The position numbers and the translations under genes were made by a program. Below are positions 28,235 through 35,667 of a stretch of 39,036 nucleotides of DNA, in pieces. The stretch's first letter is position 1, and each line of letters starts with the position of its first letter. This DNA is from a virus (lineage: Duplodnaviria > Caudoviricetes): the IMG/VR virus record IMGVR_UViG_3300029145_000009, positions 1-39,036 of that record. One strand, given 5' to 3'. The notes under the pieces were generated by a model. The model made no database searches. It worked only from the letters and a program-made list of their open reading frames with translations, and was not told the DNA's origin.

Positions 28235-28791
28235 GGTAGATTCCTCATAAATTTCCTTAGTTCCGGCTCTGCAGGTCTATAGTAAGGACCTTTGCCGTCT
28301 TCACTATACTTTTGACCTTTAGGTATTTTAGTTATGGATTTAGCCTCATTAGACTTGCATACAATATTAAATACTTCTATACATTGTTCACTTGTTAGAC
28401 CGACTATTTGTAATTGCATCATAGCCGCTTGTATTATACATTGTAACCAACTAACTTTGTGCGATACCATATTCATCGCATGCTGGTCAATTAAAGCGCC
28501 AATATAATAACCAGGCCATAGTACTTGTCTATTAGCGTAAATGTTTCTACCAAATACAAAAGCAATATTTTGAGCAGCAGTTAGCTCTTCTTCTGGTTCA
28601 TTTAGTGCCCAAATACCACCCATAGCTACAAATACAATATCACATAGTTCTTTTATTTCACCAACTTGCGAATCTGTTTTAACCCATTCTTGATATTCTT
28701 CAACTAATAGACTATGTACTAAATCTGCATCGAATACTTGGTCTTTTCGTGCTTCATACCATTTACAAACTCGTTCAAATGAATCTATCAT
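28228..28791 (-). CDS. MazG-like all-alpha dNTP pyrophosphohydrolase
   Basis: EEYQE...ELCDIVFV acidic metal motif, C-terminal SN.AK and KGPYY..AEP.L, with an insertion of about 70 aa. Confidence 0.75.
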   Translation of the reverse strand: MIDSFERVCKWYEARKDQVFDADLVHSLLVEEYQEWVKTDSQVGEIKELCDIVFVAMGGIWALNEPEEELTAAQNIAFVFGRNIYANRQVLWPGYYIGALIDQHAMNMVSHKVSWLQCIIQAAMMQLQIVGLTSEQCIEVFNIVCKSNEAKSITKIPKGQKYSEDGKGPYYRPAEPELRKFMRNLPC

Positions 28792-29591
28792 GCTTTCACC
28801 TCAAAAGCTAAGTGTTCTGATGAATGATAATTAAATGTGAACCATTCCGGTCGCATGTCAGTCATAGCAGCACCTTTATCCGCATTTAGTATATAAGTAG
28901 GTGGTTTTAACTTTAGACCTGTATTCTGATGAAAAGGTTCAAGATACACTTTTGCATTGTCAAAATGCTCTTCGTAGATATGACAATCACCTAGATTCAT
29001 TGTAATAGTACCAGGCATTAAGTCTACTTCATTAGCTAAGACAATAGTCCAAATTGCGGCTAAAATCATATCAGCAGGTAAACCTATCATCATATCGACT
29101 GAGCGTTGATTCCATATCATGTTTAAGTATTTGCCATCTTCAACATAAAACTGATAACTGTAATGACAACAAGGTAAACTTAAATCTGCAAGATTCTCAG
29201 GAATCCAACCACTAATTAACATTCTACGGTCTGTTGGATTATTCTTTAAACAATCTCTTACATGGTCTAATTGACCGCCTTTAAACCAAGCATTACCATA
29301 ATCAACATTAATACTGCCATCTTTATTTGCCCATTTAGACCAATAGTTACAACCCCATTTTTCGAAATCTGCTAAATGTTTAGGTTTTCTAATCATAGCT
29401 GCAAACTCACCTAAAACGCCTTTATAATGCATCTTACGACCTTGTAATAAAGGAAAGCGATTATTCTTTACATTAAAAGTTAAAGTTTTTGCGAATTTTG
29501 CTTTTGTAAGGCCATTACGAGTAATACGCTCTTCACCAAAAGCAAGTATTTCATAGACAAGTGCAGCATAAGCGTTTTCATAATATGTCAT
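28788..29591 (-). CDS. thyA: Thymidylate synthase homologue with Asp at the Asn177 position (possible dCMP methylase)
   Basis: FPLLQGRK, DRR, LPCCH, QFYV, QRSVDMMIGLPAD, GDCHIY. Start 29591 is ATGA-coupled to the polymerase stop. Confidence 0.9.
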   Translation of the reverse strand: MTYYENAYAALVYEILAFGEERITRNGLTKAKFAKTLTFNVKNNRFPLLQGRKMHYKGVLGEFAAMIRKPKHLADFEKWGCNYWSKWANKDGSINVDYGNAWFKGGQLDHVRDCLKNNPTDRRMLISGWIPENLADLSLPCCHYSYQFYVEDGKYLNMIWNQRSVDMMIGLPADMILAAIWTIVLANEVDLMPGTITMNLGDCHIYEEHFDNAKVYLEPFHQNTGLKLKPPTYILNADKGAAMTDMRPEWFTFNYHSSEHLAFEVKA

Positions 29592-31267
29592 TGATTTAGC
29601 TCCCAATCAAACTTACCATTTTCAATATCCCCCCAATTTTTACCAATACGAACATTAACCGGCATAGGGAGGTCTTTAATTGCAAACAGTTTAGACATTT
29701 CAGTCCAACCTTCTTGCATTGCATCAGCTAAAATATGTGCAGCTTTTTGAGCATCTTCCATATTGTCAGCAGTTAAGATAAAAGAGTCATGCACAAAATT
29801 TCTTAGTACAGCATAGTCTGTTATCTTTTGTTTCATCATATAGTGCAAAGCTAATTTTGCTACTTCAGCACCTGCGCCCTGGTTTTGTATATTTAGTTGG
29901 TCAGTCATCATTTTACCTTTATACTGACGACCTAAAGGTGTTTGCCAAATTTTACCTTTCTTCCAGGCATCTATACCTTTTTCTTGCCATCTAAATATCT
30001 CTTTCCAAAGATTTCTCCATCGTTTTCTTAACGAATAGCCTTCATGCTCATCAATCCACATATTAGCTTGTTTAATAAGTATAGTGATAAACATCGGTAT
30101 ACCGCCGCCATATAAAAAATTGAAGTTTGCAGTTTTAGTTAATTGGCGTTGTTCTTTTGTAAAGTCTTTACCAAAAATCATTTCAGCCGTAAAGTTATGC
30201 AAATCTTCACCTGCAACGAATTTAGCTGCCATAAGTGAACAAGCAGTAATAGCACAAATAGTACGCAATTCTAACTGCGCATAATCAGCATAAATTAGAT
30301 AACCGTCATCTATACCGCAGCAATCTTTTAAATCACGAGGAATAGTGTGAAGACTTTCATCATTAGATGTTAATCTACCAGACCGTGCTGAAGGTTTAAA
30401 TTTCCCATATAATACACTATCAGTAGTTTTATCTAAGTATGTAGTCAATGTGCTATTCTGTTTGCGCAATCTTCTAACTTCTCGTACATTAGTTGCACGC
30501 TGACGTTGCTCTTCAGCTGTAATGTCTTTAGTGCCAGTACCACTCATAGCTAATTGAGCTAATGTAATTGCATCAGATGAATTGCTACCTATATACGGTC
30601 TTACTTGCTGATAACTATTAGAATTTATAGGCAAACCTATTTTCTTAATTGCTATTGCATTAGCTTCATATCTGGTATTCATCCTATTAATATCCATAGG
30701 CACACCATTCCATTGAAAATCAAGACAATACTTTAAAGTCAACATATCTAATGTATAACTCATGGTATCATTTTCTTTATTTACAGCGTTATAAATTGCT
30801 GGCATTATCCATACATCAGTAGCAGCATAACCTAATTGTTCAGGTGTTAAATTAGCAACTGCCCAATTAGTTTTTTGCAACTTCTTTTTATCAAAGTCTT
30901 TATAAGGGTCATAACCTAAAATTACTTTAGCTAATGATTCCAAATCAAACTTTTCTTGCATTGGCAAAGCCAAACGTGCTAATAAAAAAGTATCGTCAAA
31001 ATTTTCAGGTATCCATCTTGTCTTTGTCTCCTGTTGTAATACAGTTATATCATAATGAGCATTTTGCATAACTAAATGGTATTTGTTTAGAAATATCATT
31101 AGCATAAATTGATCTGGCCATTCTACCATCTGTACAAACTCATCATCAGCTTGATAGAATTGCGCTAATCTGACTTTACCATACAGTCCGCAAGTCTCTG
31201 TATCGAAAAAAAGAGGTTTCGAATCATCGACTGAAACCTCTGATAAAGTAACTATTTTATACTTCAT
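29588..31267 (-). CDS. Family A DNA polymerase with 3'-5' exonuclease domain
   Basis: Exo motifs DTET, NAHYD, YAATD. Motif A ADYAQLELR, motif B RQLTKTANFNFLYG, motif C VHDS. Confidence 0.93.
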   Translation of the reverse strand: MKYKIVTLSEVSVDDSKPLFFDTETCGLYGKVRLAQFYQADDEFVQMVEWPDQFMLMIFLNKYHLVMQNAHYDITVLQQETKTRWIPENFDDTFLLARLALPMQEKFDLESLAKVILGYDPYKDFDKKKLQKTNWAVANLTPEQLGYAATDVWIMPAIYNAVNKENDTMSYTLDMLTLKYCLDFQWNGVPMDINRMNTRYEANAIAIKKIGLPINSNSYQQVRPYIGSNSSDAITLAQLAMSGTGTKDITAEEQRQRATNVREVRRLRKQNSTLTTYLDKTTDSVLYGKFKPSARSGRLTSNDESLHTIPRDLKDCCGIDDGYLIYADYAQLELRTICAITACSLMAAKFVAGEDLHNFTAEMIFGKDFTKEQRQLTKTANFNFLYGGGIPMFITILIKQANMWIDEHEGYSLRKRWRNLWKEIFRWQEKGIDAWKKGKIWQTPLGRQYKGKMMTDQLNIQNQGAGAEVAKLALHYMMKQKITDYAVLRNFVHDSFILTADNMEDAQKAAHILADAMQEGWTEMSKLFAIKDLPMPVNVRIGKNWGDIENGKFDWELNQ

Positions 31268-31650
31268 TATAGTCTCACTAACTGTTTAACGCCGTCTTCA
31301 CCGATTTCAGCGGCTAATTCAGCCTCAACATCTTTACATAGTTTAGCAACTCGTAGAGTATTAAGTTGGCTTTGTAATTCCGCTTCTACTTTACGACAAT
31401 GGTCATATTTAGAAGTGTCTACTTTTTGTACAATCCAAACATAATTAATATGATCACTTATACTTAGCATACAGTTAACTTCAACGACCTTTACAACTTT
31501 AAAACCTTCACTAGTGCTAACAATTGCATAATCATTTACTTCAAATTTCTCAGTTGTTTTATAATAGTATACTCTATTATTTCCATTAAATTGAACTCCA
31601 ACAAAGTTGAAATCTTTATTTTGTGCTAATAGTAAGTCTAGTTCTTTCAT
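31267..31650 (-). CDS. Hypothetical phage protein (SH3-like N-terminus)
   Basis: 127 aa, VGVQF..YYYKT..VND..IV pattern, SD AAGGA. Confidence 0.7.
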   Translation of the reverse strand: MKELDLLLAQNKDFNFVGVQFNGNNRVYYYKTTEKFEVNDYAIVSTSEGFKVVKVVEVNCMLSISDHINYVWIVQKVDTSKYDHCRKVEAELQSQLNTLRVAKLCKDVEAELAAEIGEDGVKQLVRL

Positions 31651-31687
31651 TGTTACATTTCCTTTATATTATGGTACGGTTAATATT

Positions 31688-31833
31688 TGAGAATACACCT
31701 TAATGGACTCTCAGATATCAACCGAGAAGTAACGATTCGACAGTTAATAGGCTCGTTACTTTCCTGCCTAACCTGCTCCCGCATTGCTCCTTAGCAGCAA
31801 TGCGGGAGCAGTATCGCCCAGAGTTGATATCTG
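31688..31833 (-). ncRNA. Structured intergenic element (three-way junction plus downstream hairpin); candidate ncRNA or cis-element
   Basis: Perfect inverted repeats at 31712-31722/31823-31833 (11 bp), 31773-31788/31796-31811 (16 bp) and 31727-31735/31753-31761 (9 bp), plus a hairpin at 31688-31713. Strand inferred from the operon direction and G-U pairs. Confidence 0.6.
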
Positions 31834-31838
31834 TACTA

Positions 31839-32510
31839 CTATAATCGAGGTTTAGATTCTTCGGATTCATCTGAACCAACAAAAGCATCTTGCTCTTCAC
31901 CAGTCCAACCATCTTCATCATCTGTACCTGTGTCACCAAACGGATCAGCTCCACCAAATTCAACTAATTTAGTTAACTTAATCTCGTCCAAATAGAAAGT
32001 GACTCCTGCACCGCTTATTTGTCCTTTAGGCGTTTTAACGATATAAATATCCATTGCACCTGCAATATATCCTTCAGAACCGTTGCCAATTTTAGTATCA
32101 CCTAAATTAACTTCAGCACCTTTTGCATTGCGGACTTTTACTTTTTTAGTTTTTCCATCAGGAAACGTAGTACCTGTTTTAAAGTTAATAGCGATATCAC
32201 CTTTAGGGTCATATAACTTTTTCCCTTCTTCATCTTCTTGATGATTACCATCTGCATCCAATAGAGGAGTGCAAAATGAATAACCAAGAGACTTAGGCTT
32301 ACGTTTAAGGTCCGCAGGTTTATGTTTATCCCAGTAAGCATCTATTTTTGCAATTAGGTCTTTAGCTTTAGGTCCATCAACATTGCCGATATTTAAGTCC
32401 GCTTTATATTGAAGCTTACCTGACATATTTTCAACGCCGTCACCTGTAATAGTTACCCAATTTAAAACACCTTTAGGAGAGACATATTTTTCAATTGTTT
32501 CTTTGCTCAT
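31839..32510 (-). CDS. ssb: Single-stranded DNA-binding protein (T7 gp2.5-like)
   Basis: SPKG..W, INFKT, KIGNGS, GVTFYLDEIKL, acidic C-terminal tail DDEDGWTGEEQDAF. Confidence 0.8.
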   Translation of the reverse strand: MSKETIEKYVSPKGVLNWVTITGDGVENMSGKLQYKADLNIGNVDGPKAKDLIAKIDAYWDKHKPADLKRKPKSLGYSFCTPLLDADGNHQEDEEGKKLYDPKGDIAINFKTGTTFPDGKTKKVKVRNAKGAEVNLGDTKIGNGSEGYIAGAMDIYIVKTPKGQISGAGVTFYLDEIKLTKLVEFGGADPFGDTGTDDEDGWTGEEQDAFVGSDESEESKPRL

Positions 32511-32565
32511 TTTGTTACCTTTTAGTTACAGTTAATATAATGTTAAATTAATATTTAACGATAAT

Positions 32566-32595
32566 ATTATAATTCAATTTTATTAAAATGTACAC
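32566..32595 (-). promoter_or_regulatory. Sigma70-type promoter of the SSB-polymerase operon (GTGTAC-N18-TATAAT)
   Basis: Minus strand GTGTAC (32595-32590), 18 nt, TATAAT (32571-32566). A palindrome GTTAAAT-N4-ATTTAAC lies just downstream (32542-32559). Confidence 0.7.
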
Positions 32596-32606
32596 AATTA
32601 AATAAA

Positions 32607-32888
32607 TTATTTTATTTGCTCATGCTTAACAGTAGTATATCTAAATCGTTTTACTACAGTGATTGTTGGATGTTGTTTGCATCTAAATAAGCCATAGCAG
32701 TAATCTAGCACTTTATAACCTTCTTCGCTTAATTTGTATATACAATCTATTGTACTAACAAAATCCCATTTTGGTGTTATACCCATTGGAGACTGACGTC
32801 CACGAGTCAGCATATTCTTTTCTTTGTTATAATAATTATATGTATGCTTCCTTGCTCTACGTTTTCTTGGCTTTTGTGATACTGGCAT
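32607..32888 (-). CDS. Basic hypothetical protein with Arg-rich N-terminus
   Basis: ATG 32888 with SD AGGAG; begins MPVSQKPRKRRARKH. Confidence 0.6.
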   Translation of the reverse strand: MPVSQKPRKRRARKHTYNYYNKEKNMLTRGRQSPMGITPKWDFVSTIDCIYKLSEEGYKVLDYCYGLFRCKQHPTITVVKRFRYTTVKHEQIK

Positions 32889-33067
32889 TAGAATACTCCT
32901 ATTTTGCACGACTTTGCTATCGCATTTAATCGCTGTTGTTGGTCATGCTTAATTGTATAATTTACATTTTTATTTAGCAATTTGTATATAAAAAGCTTAT
33001 TGGCTTCAGACAAATCATCTAAATACTCTGCAACTAAGATTAATAAATTTACTTGTTTACTAGTCAT
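32888..33067 (-). CDS. 59-aa helical protein (paralogue of 33060..33230)
   Basis: ATG 33067 with SD GGAG; gapless similarity to the upstream ORF. Confidence 0.65.
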   Translation of the reverse strand: MTSKQVNLLILVAEYLDDLSEANKLFIYKLLNKNVNYTIKHDQQQRLNAIAKSCKIGVF

Positions 33068-33230
33068 ATAATTTCTCCGATATTTTATTAAGATGGTGAT
33101 TTTGTTTTTCTGACAACTCATAGTCTTCATCTTTATCTAACAAAGAGTCAACAAAGTCAAGTTCCCATGCTGTTAATTTATCAGTGTGATCTGCAGCTTT
33201 ATGTAATACTTTTAGTTGAAAATTATTCAT
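33060..33230 (-). CDS. 56-aa acidic helical protein (not in ORF track)
   Basis: MNNFQLKVLHKAADHTDKLTAWELDFVDSLLDKDEDYELSEKQNHHLNKISEKLYD. TAATG-coupled to the helicase stop. Confidence 0.75.
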   Translation of the reverse strand: MNNFQLKVLHKAADHTDKLTAWELDFVDSLLDKDEDYELSEKQNHHLNKISEKLYD

Positions 33231-34540
33231 TAGTTAGTTACCACCTTGTTAGATGCACGACTCATACCGACGTACATTAGTTTGAGATACATTTCATAAT
33301 CACGATTAGCTACAGTTGAAATATCTTCTGTATCTAAATAAACAGTGTCATAAGTACTTCCCTGTGCTTTATGTATTGTCATACAATGACTAAAATCTAA
33401 ACATACGACACATTCATTAAAAGTTAAAAAGTCTCTCCAAGCTTTACTACGAGCTCTAGCTAACTTAGTCGTTGGATTAGCTTTAGCCCAACCTGCAGCT
33501 TTAAAACCTGGATGTTCTTTTTCAATTGCCGCATTCGAATCAGCAGCAGCTAGCTTTAACTCTCTTTGCATTTGCAAGTATTCAGCATGTCCAAATACAA
33601 AAGCATAGATATAGAATTCTTCTGTTATAGGATCAGTACATGTTGCATATTGAATGCCAGGCATAGTTAAAAGATGTTCTAATGTTTTATACTTCGAATT
33701 AAAGAATAACATCTGATTACTATGTGGTAAATCTATACATTCATCTATACTTTCAGGACCACCAATAAAATCTAACTGATAATGATTTTTAGTAGTAGGA
33801 CTAAATACAATATCTTCCGCTATAGGATTTGCACGACCTTGCATTTTTGCATTTATTTCTTGTACACGTTTATTTGTATAAGCCAATATAATACTATCTG
33901 CAGGTCGTTCTAATGCTGGATTAGTTATATCTTCACCTCTAACAAAATTTTCAGATGTTATTAATGGTTCAGATTTTGCACCTTCTATAAAGCGAACTAA
34001 TTGATCTAAAGGTTTAGTCAAAGGATTACCGTCTACTTGGCGATATACTTTTGTAAGTGTTAATTGATACTTACCCGAGGGTCTAAGTGTAAACATATCA
34101 CCTACTGGTGGTAATTGGTGCGGATCACCTATCCATACCACTTTGAGCTCTGGTTTTCCGTCATAATCTTCATCTTGTAAAGCTCTGATATCCATCAAAT
34201 CATTTTCACCAATCATACTATATTCATCTATAAACATAACACGGACTTTCTCGCTTTCTCCCATTACTTTATTAGACTGTACATATTTTGCTTTAGTTGC
34301 TTCAGGATTAATTGTTGGTCTTTTCTTAAGAAAACTATGTAATGTCTGTATCTTGGCACCGACTGGTAGCTTATCTCTAAGCACATTACAAGCCTTGTGT
34401 GTATAAGCACAAACGGTATAGTTGTCTAGACCTTCAATTAGTTCAGCTAATTTAGTAGTCTTACCTGTACCAGCTCTACCGGTGACATACATATCCCAGG
34501 CATTATCATCAGCCATAAACTTATCAAACATCTTTTTCAT
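33230..34540 (-). CDS. RecD/Dda-like SF1B helicase
   Basis: GRAGTGKT, AYTHKA, IDEYSM, GDPHQLPPV, YRQ, TIHKAQGST, YVGMSRA. Start 34540 has SD AGGAGG. Confidence 0.92.
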   Translation of the reverse strand: MKKMFDKFMADDNAWDMYVTGRAGTGKTTKLAELIEGLDNYTVCAYTHKACNVLRDKLPVGAKIQTLHSFLKKRPTINPEATKAKYVQSNKVMGESEKVRVMFIDEYSMIGENDLMDIRALQDEDYDGKPELKVVWIGDPHQLPPVGDMFTLRPSGKYQLTLTKVYRQVDGNPLTKPLDQLVRFIEGAKSEPLITSENFVRGEDITNPALERPADSIILAYTNKRVQEINAKMQGRANPIAEDIVFSPTTKNHYQLDFIGGPESIDECIDLPHSNQMLFFNSKYKTLEHLLTMPGIQYATCTDPITEEFYIYAFVFGHAEYLQMQRELKLAAADSNAAIEKEHPGFKAAGWAKANPTTKLARARSKAWRDFLTFNECVVCLDFSHCMTIHKAQGSTYDTVYLDTEDISTVANRDYEMYLKLMYVGMSRASNKVVTN

Positions 34541-34715
34541 CAGTACCCTCCTTTTCAAATAATTCTTTGTTACTACGTTTAGTTTTAGGTTTCTTACCTA
34601 TTCCACTTTCATTTTCTTTAGCATAGTAGATTTTACCTCCGTTTGCTAAGAATTCTTCTGTATCTGCTTTAATTTTAGCAGCTTGCGCTTTCTTACTTGT
34701 AGTTATAGTGATCAT
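34524..34715 (-). CDS. SutA-like RNA-polymerase-binding small protein
   Basis: KIKADTEEFLANGGKI resembles the EEFL.RGGKV core of Pseudomonas SutA. Confidence 0.6.
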   Translation of the reverse strand: MITITTSKKAQAAKIKADTEEFLANGGKIYYAKENESGIGKKPKTKRSNKELFEKEGTDEKDV

Positions 34716-34900
34716 TAGTTTACTCTGCCTTGTATTTTACAATAACAATTATTACAAACTCTGCCATCGGCACAATCCTCTAATGCCATGAGTTCACCGC
34801 AATGTCCACATGCGATAGGTATTTCACACTCTTCACTACAACGATGGCAGAATCGCTCGTCTTCATCAAATTCCTCATTGCATACTGGACATTCAAACAT
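34715..34900 (-). CDS. Cys-rich zinc-ribbon protein (61 aa)
   Basis: ATG 34900 with SD GGAG; CPVC, CHRC, CGHC and CNNC motifs. Confidence 0.7.
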   Translation of the reverse strand: MFECPVCNEEFDEDERFCHRCSEECEIPIACGHCGELMALEDCADGRVCNNCYCKIQGRVN

Positions 34901-35666
34901 TTGTATTCTCCAATATAAAATATTGCACATTACATTGATGAGCTGCAGGAAAATCACTAACACGTTTAGCATTTTCAAAATCGTTAATACTTGTTGAAAA
35001 ACGATGTAATATATTATCAATGTATTTGAAAGTATCTGACCAGATATTATCATCATATTCCCATACTGCTACAAATTGACCTTCTTCTGGCATTTCATTT
35101 ACTTGTTTCAGTTTTGTTTTTAATTGTTTTGGTACTATTGTACCTTTATCTACTATAAAATTTTGATTAATATGGACATCTTTAACTACACGAGTATTAC
35201 CATAAACTTCAGCATCATCATATATTCTAACATCGTCATAAATTTCAGCATTACCATAAACTTTAGCATTTCCATATACATTAACATAATCGTATATATT
35301 AGCATAACCATATATATGGACGTGTCCAAATGCTTTAGCTTTACCATAAACTAAAGCTTTACCATAAACTTTAGCATTTCCATAAACCATAGCATCATCA
35401 TAAACTTTAGCATCATCATAAACTTTAGCATCATCATAAACCATAGCATTACCATGGACTTCAGCATCACACCAGATTCTAGCTGCATCATATACTTTAG
35501 CATTGTCATAAATCCAACAATGCCCTATTCGTGCTAAATTCTTTTCTGACTCTACATAACCGCCTAAATCGCCTTTCTTTACATCATTAAAGCTTTTTAA
35601 TGCTTCAATTCTGAAAAGTTTTCGACCGTTATACATAATAAAATCATCAGTTAATTTGTATTTCAT
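34893..35666 (-). CDS. Hexapeptide-repeat (left-handed beta-helix) phage protein
   Basis: KLFRIEALKSF.DVKKGDLGGYVESEKNL followed by about 18 [VI]Y[GD][ND]A[KE] repeats. Start 35666 has SD GGAG. Confidence 0.85.
   Translation of the reverse strand: MKYKLTDDFIMYNGRKLFRIEALKSFNDVKKGDLGGYVESEKNLARIGHCWIYDNAKVYDAARIWCDAEVHGNAMVYDDAKVYDDAKVYDDAMVYGNAKVYGKALVYGKAKAFGHVHIYGYANIYDYVNVYGNAKVYGNAEIYDDVRIYDDAEVYGNTRVVKDVHINQNFIVDKGTIVPKQLKTKLKQVNEMPEEGQFVAVWEYDDNIWSDTFKYIDNILHRFSTSINDFENAKRVSDFPAAHQCNVQYFILENTNV
35190..35518. repeat. 18-bp-period coding tandem repeat
   Basis: For example (TAGCATCATCATAAACTT)x2 plus a near-copy at 35390-35443. Encodes the hexapeptide rungs. Confidence 0.85.
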
Positions 35667-35667
35667 T

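Noticed and set aside
31688-31833. tRNA, hammerhead, pistol or functional retron
   Set aside because: No T-loop or D-loop, no CUGANGA/GAAA core, the pistol-like UCUGGGCG lacks the rest of the consensus, and no reverse transcriptase is present.
31718-31963. 81-aa minus-strand ORF across the structured element
   Set aside because: It overlaps SSB out of frame and runs through perfect inverted repeats, so it is probably a shadow ORF.
23322-35354. Plus-strand track ORFs opposite the replication genes (23322, 24216, 27594, 30084, 34788, 35124) and same-strand out-of-frame ORF 32138..32341
   Set aside because: They are fully overlapped by motif-bearing genes and have no independent support.
35190-35518. 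Periodic repeats as a CRISPR array or DGR template
   Set aside because: The period is 18 bp with no spacers and is explained by hexapeptide coding. No reverse transcriptase or cas1/cas2 is in the window.
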